Made by a program: the position numbers and the translations under genes. Of a stretch of 64,000 nucleotides of DNA, positions 19,227-26,218 are shown in pieces. Origin of the DNA: a virus. The stretch spans positions 128,144 to 192,143 of IMG/VR virus record IMGVR_UViG_3300036985_009306; one strand, written 5' to 3'. How positions within the stretch are numbered: the stretch's first letter is position 1; the number at the start of each line of letters is the position of its first letter. The notes beneath the pieces were generated by a model. The model ran no database searches. It saw nothing but the letters and a program-made list of their open reading frames with translations, and was not told where the DNA came from.

Positions 19227-19616
19227 ATGTCTAATAGTAGAAGTAATACTAAAAAAGTTATTATTTTGATGAAAGGTAAAATGAAAGAAGTAAAAATCTC
19301 TAAAAAACTTGCTATTAAAACATCTTATTCAGTTAATTCATGTAGTTGTTCTTTATGTCAGAGAGAAAGAAAGATAGAAAAATTAATAGAGAGAAAAAAT
19401 TTTAATGAATTAGCAAATTATACAAGAGAACTTTCTCGTTTGCTTGTAAATGCTGATACATATGCTGAACATGTTGTAAATGTGGTAAAAACATACAAAA
19501 AGGAGAAAAACCCTTTTCTATTTATGAGATATTGTTTAAAATGTAGTCCTGAGAGTAGTTCTGAGATTATAATAAAGCAGACTCAATCAAAAATGAGATT
19601 TATATCAAAAGGATAA
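19227..19616 (+). CDS. hypothetical protein
   Basis: ORF tiling. Confidence 0.55.
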   Translation: MSNSRSNTKKVIILMKGKMKEVKISKKLAIKTSYSVNSCSCSLCQRERKIEKLIERKNFNELANYTRELSRLLVNADTYAEHVVNVVKTYKKEKNPFLFMRYCLKCSPESSSEIIIKQTQSKMRFISKG

Positions 19617-19619
19617 AGT

Positions 19620-19829
19620 ATGCAAGATATATCTGACGAAATCAAGATTCAATTACTAAAAAATAGAATTTATGCTGCAATTGAATGTCTAGAAAAAACA
19701 ACTACTTCATCAGGGCTTTCTAAGGGCTTTTATGATCCTGATGCAAAAGATGCTCTTCTTATTCTTAAGGGTATGAAAGATTGCGAACTTAATCTTTCTC
19801 CAGATCCGAATGACTTCAGATATGTTTAG
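19620..19829 (+). CDS. hypothetical protein
   Basis: ORF tiling. Confidence 0.6.
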   Translation: MQDISDEIKIQLLKNRIYAAIECLEKTTTSSGLSKGFYDPDAKDALLILKGMKDCELNLSPDPNDFRYV

Positions 19830-20025
19830 ACTTGAAACTTATGAGGTACAAAATGAGCTTAGAACTATCAGGATCAAGCCCAGTTGTTGTTGCTAAAACA
19901 GGACTTACAACAAATGGTGTAAATTTGTTTGATGCTCAATGTCCAATTGTTGGAGACACAATTCTTTGTGTTGAGTTGAATGGCAATATCATATAAATCA
20001 CACGATATCTCGATTAGGAGAATAT

Positions 20026-20481
20026 ATGATACACCTTTATCTTTTGTCAGGAAAAAAAGTCCAGCAACATTTAACTGTCGATGGTTGGTTAGAATCTCAA
20101 TCCCATCCAAATTTGTCAGAACCACAACTAACTGGAACTCATTTACAATACTCATTTTGTTCTCTATGTCATGGTACAGGTGTTGATCCGGTACAAGAAG
20201 GCGAATTGACAAGAATATGTAGACGATGTCAAGGAGCAACATATGAAACAGTGAGTGTGGCTCCACATATTGGCGGCTATAGAGACGTTGCTACCACATT
20301 GGATATAATAGGAAAACCCTGGATTGAATGTTTCAAAATTACACCAGAATATAAAAATCTACCTGCTGAAATTCAACATCAAGCATTAGATGGATTGAAA
20401 CAATGGTGTTACGAAGAAGAACAAAGAATAAATGCAGAAGATCCTGTAAAAACAAATAATAAAATAAAGTTCATATGTTAA
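20026..20481 (+). CDS. hypothetical protein with DnaJ-type zinc-finger repeats
   Basis: CSLCHGTG and CRRCQGA motifs; AGGAG RBS. Confidence 0.65.
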   Translation: MIHLYLLSGKKVQQHLTVDGWLESQSHPNLSEPQLTGTHLQYSFCSLCHGTGVDPVQEGELTRICRRCQGATYETVSVAPHIGGYRDVATTLDIIGKPWIECFKITPEYKNLPAEIQHQALDGLKQWCYEEEQRINAEDPVKTNNKIKFIC

Positions 20482-20987
20482 AAAAATTCTTTTGCAATTA
20501 AAAGAATATGTAGACGATGTCAAGGAGCAACAGTGAGAGTACCTATTATGTCAACTTTAACAAATAGAAATGGTAGACAATATGATTTAAATGATTTAGA
20601 ACTGTCAACTTTAACAAATAGAAATGGTAGCCAATATGATTTAAATGATTTACAACCTGGTAGAGTTGAATTCTTAACAAATGGTACACCTTTACAAGTT
20701 ACTGGTCCTGGTATCTTACAAGTTCCAACTTCCGAGAATGAAATTACAACCGAATTAAGAGAAAATATGGATGAAATTCATAAAGACATAGAATTTGTGC
20801 ATGAAAACAACAAAATGAAGTTTATACTGACTGGGCAAACTGGAACTCATTTACAATACGGTGTTGATCCGCCGGGTCCCTCACTTGCTTTTTGCTCAAT
20901 GTCCCTGATAAGAAGCAGGTACAATTCGGCCTGTGTGGTACAAGAAGGCGGATTGACAAGAATATGTAGACGATGTCAAGGAGCAAC
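20211..20987 (+). repeat. three dispersed copies of a 30-bp sequence (20211-20240, 20502-20531, 20958-20987)
   Basis: AAGAATATGTAGACGATGTCAAGGAGCAAC, identical x3. Confidence 0.9.
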
Positions 20988-21006
20988 TTTAACTAAGAAA
21001 TGGTAG
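20533..21006 (+). CDS. mosaic hypothetical ORF built from duplicated fragments
   Basis: Contains a 54-bp tandem duplication and segments copied from 20026-20481 (GTHLQY, GVDP, VQEG.LTRICRRCQGAT). Confidence 0.4.
   Translation: MRVPIMSTLTNRNGRQYDLNDLELSTLTNRNGSQYDLNDLQPGRVEFLTNGTPLQVTGPGILQVPTSENEITTELRENMDEIHKDIEFVHENNKMKFILTGQTGTHLQYGVDPPGPSLAFCSMSLIRSRYNSACVVQEGGLTRICRRCQGATLTKKW
20549..20652 (+). repeat. 54-bp in-frame tandem duplication
   Basis: TGTCAACTTTAACAAATAGAAATGGTAG.CAATATGATTTAAATGATTTA x2; a third partial copy lies near 20984-21032. Confidence 0.9.
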
Positions 21007-21184
21007 ACAATATGATTAAATGATTTACAACCTGATGGTAAGTTTAGTTCTAGTATTAGATTTTGGCTGCACAATTCAAATTGACAAACCACTATCTATA
21101 GATTACTCCTCAATATAGAAAACAATTACCAAAAACTCAATATTGAATGCTGAAATTCCTCTTAAAAAATAAATAAAAAAATAA

Positions 21185-21213
21185 TGTACATTTTAAAAAA
21201 TAAATGATATATT
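21185..21213 (+). promoter_or_regulatory. promoter of tRNA array 1 leader
   Basis: TGTACA-N17-TATATT; identical hexamers and spacing at 31414-31442. Confidence 0.65.
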
Positions 21214-21238
21214 AATGATATACAATAGGAAAAGGACT

Positions 21239-21376
21239 ATGAGACTTCACCTAACTTCATCAAAAAAGATATTATGGCAGCAACTGCCTGATATGGGTGT
21301 CAATAATAACTCCCATAAAACACTGTCATGTTTGTCGAGTCTCTATTTTAAAGTGAGACAAGAAGGTGAAGCTTAA
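21239..21376 (+). CDS. putative attenuator leader peptide of tRNA array 1 (45 aa)
   Basis: MRLHLTSSKKILWQQLPDMGVNNNSHKTLSCLSSLYFKVRQEGEA; AGGAAAAGGA RBS; contains a codon readable by each of the 15 downstream tRNAs. Confidence 0.7.
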   Translation: MRLHLTSSKKILWQQLPDMGVNNNSHKTLSCLSSLYFKVRQEGEA

Positions 21377-21414
21377 AGTTTAAAAAGAAAATATTTTTAA
21401 AAAGGCTCACCTTC
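21362..21414 (+). promoter_or_regulatory. putative antiterminator helix of tRNA array 1
   Basis: GAAGGTGA-A-GCTT (21362-21374) pairs with AGGCTCACCTTC (21403-21414), the 5' arm of the terminator. Confidence 0.65.
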
Positions 21415-21438
21415 AAAAAAAAGAAGATGAGCCTTTTT
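21399..21438 (+). terminator. intrinsic terminator (attenuator) upstream of tRNA array 1
   Basis: AAAAAGGCTCA-C-CTTC-A8-GAAG-A-TGAGCCTTTTT. Confidence 0.8.
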
Positions 21439-21456
21439 GATTTTAGAGATATACTC

Positions 21457-21530
21457 GCCTCAATAACTCAAATGCTTAGAGTACTTGTTTCTTAAACAAG
21501 GAGTTGAAGGTTGAAATCCTTCTTGAGGCA
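21457..21530 (+). tRNA. tRNA-Lys(CTT)
   Basis: Acceptor GCCTCAA/TTGAGGC; anticodon arm CTTGT-TTCTTAA-ACAAG. Confidence 0.85.
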
Positions 21531-21547
21531 AAATAAAGGAGAAACAA

Positions 21548-21620
21548 GCCGCTTTAGCTCAGTTGGTAGAGCAATGGACTGAAAATCCATGTGTCACCCG
21601 TTCAATTCGGGTAGGCGGCA
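21548..21620 (+). tRNA. tRNA-Phe(GAA)
   Basis: Acceptor GCCGCTT/AGGCGGC; ATGGA-CTGAAAA-TCCAT. Confidence 0.92.
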
Positions 21621-21884
21621 TTTTGACTAGAGAAAAATATGTTTGAATGTGAAACAATTTTGAAACAATTGACAAAAAATCCAGATACAGAAATAATTCA
21701 TAATCATCAACAATGTAATTCATATATAGAAAAGATGTTGACTGAACGAGAATTAAAACGTAGATGATCTCGAAGGTGACGAGTTAACTATAAATTTTCG
21801 TACATATAAACCATAGGATGAAATTTTGAATAACAAGAAAGGGACCCGAAATGAACGACAAAGATGGCAAATCTGACAAACTAA

Positions 21885-21973
21885 GGGTCCGTCACTTAGA
21901 GGCCGATAGTACCAAATTTTTAATTTGGAGAGTGACAAAAACTCCATCGCAGGTTCGAATCCTGCCGGGCCCA
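21885..21973 (+). tRNA. tRNA with TTT (Lys) anticodon and long variable arm
   Basis: GGGTCCG/CGGGCCC; CCAAA-TTTTTAA-TTTGG; 20-nt variable region with GAGT/ACTC stem; GCAGG-TTCGAAT-CCTGC. Confidence 0.8.
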
Positions 21974-21993
21974 TTTTAAAAGAGAAAATAATT

Positions 21994-22287
21994 ATGTTTA
22001 AAAAATACACTAAAGAAAATTTATCAACAATGGACAATGGTTTCTATATAATGAAATCAGATCCTAATTCTGAAACAGTGGCCAAAAATCCTAATGATGA
22101 AATTGTTGAACTAATAAATGGTCAAATAATCAATGACATCAAACTTGACATAAGCAATGTAAATTATGAATTAATACAATTAAAAGGAGACTTTAAAAAA
22201 CTTCCACATAATGGTGGAGGACCAATCAAGTTTGAATTAAATGGAAAAATAGTTGATATTGACAATATAAAAAGTTCTTTGAAATAA
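21994..22287 (+). CDS. hypothetical protein within tRNA array
   Basis: ATG 21994; the upstream extension in the ORF track overlaps a tRNA. Confidence 0.6.
   Translation: MFKKYTKENLSTMDNGFYIMKSDPNSETVAKNPNDEIVELINGQIINDIKLDISNVNYELIQLKGDFKKLPHNGGGPIKFELNGKIVDIDNIKSSLK
22273..22284 (+). promoter_or_regulatory. boxA-like antitermination motif
   Basis: AGTTCTTTGAAA; similar copies at 22450-22461 and 23631-23643. Confidence 0.4.
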
Positions 22288-22289
22288 AT

Positions 22290-22362
22290 AGACCCATAGC
22301 TCGTTGGTTCAGAGGCCTTCTTTACAAGTAGAATGTCGGGAGTTCGACTCTCTCTGGGTCTA
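22290..22362 (+). tRNA. tRNA-Val(TAC), imperfect anticodon stem
   Basis: AGACCCA/TGGGTCT; loop TTTACAA; two stem mismatches; T-arm GGGAG-TTCGACT-CTCTC. Confidence 0.7.
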
Positions 22363-22369
22363 AATTTAT

Positions 22370-22442
22370 ACGGACATAGCTCAATGGCTAGAGCAATGGT
22401 CTCCAAAACCATAGGCTGTGGGTTCAAGTCCTACTGTCCGCG
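22370..22442 (+). tRNA. tRNA-Trp(CCA)
   Basis: ATGGT-CTCCAAA-ACCAT; G73. Confidence 0.9.
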
Positions 22443-22449
22443 AAAATTA

Positions 22450-22461
22450 TGTTCTTTGACA
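22450..22461 (+). promoter_or_regulatory. boxA-like antitermination motif
   Basis: TGTTCTTTGACA between tRNA genes. Confidence 0.45.
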
Positions 22462-22491
22462 TACTTGGTTATTTAGCAAGTTTCTTAATTC

Positions 22492-22583
22492 GGAGATTTG
22501 TCCGAGTCTGGCTTAAGGAGCCGCACTGCTAATGCGGTGAAGTTGTTATACAACTTCCAGTGGTTCAAATCCACTAATCTCCG
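22492..22583 (+). tRNA. tRNA-Ser(GCT)
   Basis: GGAGATT/AATCTCC; CCGCA-CTGCTAA-TGCGG; long V-arm; G73. Confidence 0.92.
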
Positions 22584-22599
22584 CTTTTTAAAGAGTTAT

Positions 22600-22685
22600 G
22601 CCCAAATGGTGGAACGCTAGACACGCTGCGCTTAGAACGCAGTATCCGAAAGGGTGTGGGAGTTGAAATCTCTCTTTGGGCACCA
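22600..22685 (+). tRNA. tRNA-Leu(TAG)
   Basis: GCCCAAA/TTTGGGC; CTGCG-CTTAGAA-CGCAG; encoded CCA. Confidence 0.92.
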
Positions 22686-22701
22686 AAAATTAGGAATAAA
22701 C

Positions 22702-23454
22702 ATGACAAAAGAACAAATGTATCAAGACCTTTTGTCTGTTGATACATCAAAACTTGGTTGGATTTCTAAACTTTCAAAAAAATGGCATATGTCACATACA
22801 TGTGCAACTAAGAAAGTGTGTAAATATTTTCCAGAAATTATTGAAAATAGTTATAAAAGAAAGTCAAAAAAGAAATATTGTCCCAAATGTAATTCTTATT
22901 TTCATAAATCATTTTTTAATAAACATAAATGCAAAAACTATTTAGAAAAATATAGGAGAAGCAGAAGAAAACTTCATACAAGAAGATCATTAATCGTTGA
23001 TAAAGACATTCTTGAAAAATCTGTGAGTAAAGCTGAATCATTTAATCAAGTAATAATAGATTTAAAACAACAAAATATTTCTATATCATTTAAAAGACTT
23101 TTCAAACTGATAAAATTTTATGAACTTTCTACTAAACATTTTCTTGGAAAAAGTTCGTTAAAAGCAAGAAAAAAACTTGAAAAAGAAGAATTTATTTTAG
23201 AATGTTTAACAAACAATTCAAAACATGCAGCTTATAATATAAAATCTAAGATTTTGCATTTTGAAATTTTAGAATATATTTGTAATAGCTGTGGACAAAA
23301 TTCTGAATGGAATAATAAAAAACTTGTATTACATTTACATCATAAAAATGGTAATGACAATGACAATAGATTAGATAATCTAGAATTTCTTTGTCCTAAT
23401 TGTCATTCACAAACAGAAACATATTGTAGGTCGAAATCAAAAAAATTGAAATAA
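22702..23454 (+). CDS. HNH homing endonuclease
   Basis: CNSC...LHLHHKNGNDNDNRLDNLEFLCPNCHSQT; ATG 22702 after AGGA. Confidence 0.88.
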   Translation: MTKEQMYQDLLSVDTSKLGWISKLSKKWHMSHTCATKKVCKYFPEIIENSYKRKSKKKYCPKCNSYFHKSFFNKHKCKNYLEKYRRSRRKLHTRRSLIVDKDILEKSVSKAESFNQVIIDLKQQNISISFKRLFKLIKFYELSTKHFLGKSSLKARKKLEKEEFILECLTNNSKHAAYNIKSKILHFEILEYICNSCGQNSEWNNKKLVLHLHHKNGNDNDNRLDNLEFLCPNCHSQTETYCRSKSKKLK

Positions 23455-23467
23455 ATACTAAATTATT

Positions 23468-23541
23468 GGCCGAGTGATGGAAACGGAATACATGCGATAT
23501 TCAAAATATCGATTTTAAGAGTTCAAATCTCTTCTCGGCTA
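23468..23541 (+). tRNA. tRNA-Leu(CAA) lacking the long variable arm
   Basis: GGCCGAG/CTCGGCT; Leu-type D arm; CGATA-TTCAAAA-TATCG; variable region only about 5 nt. Confidence 0.75.
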
Positions 23542-23545
23542 TTAA

Positions 23546-23630
23546 GCCCAAGTGGTGCAATTGGTACCCACAACGGTCTTAAGAACCGTCGAAAGAAATT
23601 TCATTGCCAGTTCAAATCTGGCCTTGGGCA
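23546..23630 (+). tRNA. tRNA-Leu(TAA)
   Basis: GCCCAAG/CTTGGGC; ACGGT-CTTAAGA-ACCGT; V-arm present. Confidence 0.92.
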
Positions 23631-23643
23631 AGTTCTTTGAAAA
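23631..23643 (+). promoter_or_regulatory. boxA-like antitermination motif
   Basis: AGTTCTTTGAAAA directly before the permuted tRNA-like gene. Confidence 0.5.
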
Positions 23644-23644
23644 T

Positions 23645-23790
23645 TAAGTTGTATCCTTTAACACTTAATGCTTACATTAAATTTTGTGGTTCGACTCCAC
23701 ATTCCCCCAATTATGGGGGAATAGCCAAATGGTAAAGGCAATAGACTATAGATCTATCAAAAACAGCATTATCAACTTGGATACAACTTA
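23645..23790 (+). ncRNA. circularly permuted tRNA-Tyr-like RNA (ATA anticodon) with paired termini
   Basis: T-arm and acceptor 3' strand (23685-23709) precede acceptor 5' strand, D arm and anticodon arm (23715-23757); 12-bp and 7-bp terminal inverted repeats. Confidence 0.8.
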
Positions 23791-23796
23791 TTTTAC

Positions 23797-23869
23797 ACTA
23801 ATGTAGCTCAATTGGTAGAGTAATGGGATCATACCCCAGAGGTTAAGAGTTCGAATCTCTTCATTAGTA
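23797..23869 (+). tRNA. tRNA-Met(CAT), initiator-like (could be Ile2)
   Basis: ACTAATG/CATTAGT; three G-C pairs next to the ATCATAC loop. Confidence 0.85.
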
Positions 23870-23918
23870 TTTTAAATTACAAGATTTAGATATATAAACA
23901 ATCTGAGGAGGATTGTTT

Positions 23919-24086
23919 ATGGATAATCTTGAATTAAGAAGGAATGGTAAATTTACATGTTTAGATTGTCAGAATAACAAATCTGAGTTGTGTAAGACAT
24001 GTAAGAATTGGGACCAATTCGATTTAAATGAAGAAGTCTCAAAATTGCTGTATGAAGAAAAGAGTTTAAAGAGAGATAAAAAATAA
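23919..24086 (+). CDS. small Cys-containing hypothetical protein
   Basis: GAGGAGG RBS; CLDC...CKTC; 55 aa. Confidence 0.5.
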   Translation: MDNLELRRNGKFTCLDCQNNKSELCKTCKNWDQFDLNEEVSKLLYEEKSLKRDKK

Positions 24087-24087
24087 C

Positions 24088-24174
24088 GGTGGGATGGCAG
24101 AGTCTGGTTTATCGCACCTCGCTTGAGACGAGGATCTCCGAAAGGGGACGCAAGTTCGAATCTTGCTCTCACCG
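24088..24174 (+). tRNA. tRNA-Ser(TGA)
   Basis: GGTGGGA/TCTCACC; CCTCG-CTTGAGA-CGAGG; V-arm. Confidence 0.92.
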
Positions 24175-24255
24175 CTTAAAATTATGTTAAAAAAATATTT
24201 TTGTTCTATTTGTAATTGGGATTTAACAAATTCTGGTATGAGATATTCAAATTAA

Positions 24256-24350
24256 GGAAGAGTGTCCGAGTTGATCTAAGGAGCTAGTCTCGAAAACTAG
24301 TGAAGGATGAAATAAAGCCTCCGCAGGTTTAAATCCTGTCTCTTCCGCCA
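24256..24350 (+). tRNA. tRNA-Ser(CGA)
   Basis: GGAAGAG/CTCTTCC; CTAGT-CTCGAAA-ACTAG; encoded CCA. Confidence 0.9.
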
Positions 24351-24357
24351 TTATGAT

Positions 24358-24429
24358 GATCCTGTAGCCAAATGGTAAGGTGCTGGTCTGCAAAACCAGA
24401 ATAGGTCGGTCCGATTCCGCCCAGGATCT
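24358..24429 (+). tRNA. tRNA-Cys(GCA)
   Basis: GATCCTG/CAGGATC; CTGGT-CTGCAAA-ACCAG; U73. Confidence 0.9.
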
Positions 24430-24450
24430 TAAAATTAAAAGGGATTAACT

Positions 24451-24681
24451 ATGGAAGACAAAGATTATGTTTTGACAATCAGGGTACCTTTCAAAGCAGC
24501 TGACGATATAGATGCTAGAGAGTATGCTAAGTCTATATTTTCTATAGATTCTCCTAATGGAGTGAACTTAAAATTGCAGGAGATTTTTGTAAATAAAGCA
24601 CCAAGAGGAGTGAATTTTTTGTCCGATTATGAGATTGCAGGATTGTTAAATACAGACAAAGGAAAGAAAACAAGCATGTGA
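24451..24681 (+). CDS. hypothetical protein
   Basis: AAGGGA RBS. Confidence 0.6.
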   Translation: MEDKDYVLTIRVPFKAADDIDAREYAKSIFSIDSPNGVNLKLQEIFVNKAPRGVNFLSDYEIAGLLNTDKGKKTSM

Positions 24682-24784
24682 TAATATTGTTGTTAAAAAC
24701 AACGTGTCTGCTTGGATGAAGAAGTTTTGGATATTGAATGTGTATATGAGAGAGGATTAGACACTTTCTAATGGGAGGCATACT

Positions 24785-25057
24785 ATGTTAGACAAAAGAC
24801 AAGAAGCCGTTTCTATTGCAGAAGAAGTGTTGAACGTTATTCCTAAGGAAGTTACATATAAAGTGCCTGGTCTGACTATGGAGGATATTAAAATTACATA
24901 TAAAGTGCCTGGTCTGACTATGGAGGATATTAAAATTACATATAAAGTGCCTGGTCTGACTATGGAGGATATTAAAATTACATATAAAGTGCCTGGTCTG
25001 ACTATGGAGGATTTAAGTGTTGTTAAAGTTTATGGTGACTGTAGTTTAGATGGCTAA
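24785..25057 (+). CDS. hypothetical protein with 14-aa tandem repeat (3' end overlaps tRNA-His)
   Basis: GGGAGG RBS; TYKVPGLTMEDIKI repeated about 3.8 times. Confidence 0.5.
   Translation: MLDKRQEAVSIAEEVLNVIPKEVTYKVPGLTMEDIKITYKVPGLTMEDIKITYKVPGLTMEDIKITYKVPGLTMEDLSVVKVYGDCSLDG
24852..25012 (+). repeat. 42-bp perfect tandem repeat, 3.8 copies
   Basis: TTACATATAAAGTGCCTGGTCTGACTATGGAGGATATTAAAA; no spacers. Confidence 0.95.
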
Positions 25058-25108
25058 AACATTGCGTTGTGACCGCAAAAATCGGCAGTTCAAGTCTGCT
25101 CAGTCACC
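25034..25108 (+). tRNA. tRNA-His(GTG)
   Basis: G-1, GTGACTG/CAGTCAC, C73; TTGCG-TTGTGAC-CGCAA. Confidence 0.9.
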
Positions 25109-25162
25109 CTCTCATTATGAAAAAATATTATACAGTCTACAAAACTAAGCCGCTAATTTTCT

Positions 25163-25252
25163 GGGTCAGAGGCAACTATCGGGTGTGTTGCGCAAGACTG
25201 TAGATCTTGTCCCGTAGGGTAAACATTGGAGGTTCAACTCCTTCCTGGCCCA
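25163..25252 (+). tRNA. tRNA-Tyr(GTA)
   Basis: GGGTCAG/CTGGCCC; CAAGA-CTGTAGA-TCTTG; V-arm; atypical D arm. Confidence 0.85.
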
Positions 25253-25269
25253 TTTTGGAGAAATTTAAA

Positions 25270-25863
25270 ATGTCATCTGTAATAGTTTTGACCAAAACAT
25301 ATGCATATTGGGGAGAGAGATCTCTTGAAGATGCAATTAGATTGTACTTTCGTGGAAAAGCTGAGATTTTAAAAGCTGATGAAAGTAGATTGATAAAAGC
25401 AGGAATTAATAAAAATGGAATTATATTGAAAATGCCTGCACCTTTAATACTTAGATTGCTTGAATTTACAGGTATTTATCACACAAAAACAAAAATTAAA
25501 TATTCAAAAGAAGCAGTTTGGAAGAGAGATGATAATTATTGTCAATTTTGGCATAGAGATGAAAAAGGAAAAAAGTTTAAATATAAATGCTCACAAGATG
25601 ATAGAACTATAGACCATTTGATTCCTAAAAGTAGAGGTGGAAAACGTAATGACTTTTTAAATTGTGTGACTGCTTGTAGACATTGTAATGAAAAGATTAA
25701 AGGTAACAAAACTCCTTTAGAAGCAGGTCTTATATTAACTAAACTTCCAGAAATACCAAAGTTTAGACGGGGGGATATGATTATACTGACTTTTTCATTT
25801 AATCCTTCAAATAAAGCTCATCAAGCTCTTAGAGAGTTAATCCCTCAATTAATTAAGCTGTGA
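25270..25863 (+). CDS. HNH endonuclease (McrA-like)
   Basis: TIDHLIPKSRGG...NCVTACRHCNEKIKG; ATG 25270 after GGAG. Confidence 0.88.
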   Translation: MSSVIVLTKTYAYWGERSLEDAIRLYFRGKAEILKADESRLIKAGINKNGIILKMPAPLILRLLEFTGIYHTKTKIKYSKEAVWKRDDNYCQFWHRDEKGKKFKYKCSQDDRTIDHLIPKSRGGKRNDFLNCVTACRHCNEKIKGNKTPLEAGLILTKLPEIPKFRRGDMIILTFSFNPSNKAHQALRELIPQLIKL

Positions 25864-25999
25864 GAAGATGATTACATCTACTGGTGTGATATCGAGTTAA
25901 CGACTTCCTGTTTCATAGAAAGAGCTTGACTTTGATGATCTAAAAATAATTTATAAAAACAATTGAAAAGTAGATAGAATATTTTGGCTGTTTTTAGAT

Positions 26000-26218
26000 T
26001 TGATGTCGATAGTCTCTAATATGAGAATTCTAGTTTTACATGGAATATGTGGCGACAGATATTTCTTAATAAAGGATGATGCTCACCTTTTTAGTGTTTG
26101 TATAGCTATTATTAAGGAGAGACTTAATGATGGTTATCGGTATGTTGCTGAAGAGCCTCTTGGATTGACAAAACAACAGATCGATAATCTTCCTTCTGGT
26201 AAAAGGGACATACTATGA
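26000..26218 (+). CDS. hypothetical protein
   Basis: ORF; start uncertain. Confidence 0.45.
   Translation: MMSIVSNMRILVLHGICGDRYFLIKDDAHLFSVCIAIIKERLNDGYRYVAEEPLGLTKQQIDNLPSGKRDIL

Noticed and set aside
20880-20945. tRNA-Ile(GAT)-like fragment (CCCTGATAAG)
   Set aside because: No acceptor, D or T arm can be built around it.
23645-23790. Two-piece (permuted) tmRNA
   Set aside because: The acceptor has G3-C70, not the G3-U70 Ala determinant; it has full D and anticodon arms and no tag reading frame; it is far too short.
24852-25012. 42-bp repeat array as a CRISPR array
   Set aside because: Units are contiguous with no spacers, are in-frame within an ORF, and no cas genes are present.
21925-25269. 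N-terminal extensions of ORFs 21925, 22654 and 25207 in the track
   Set aside because: They overlap clear tRNA genes; downstream ATGs with RBS (21994, 22702, 25270) are the plausible starts.
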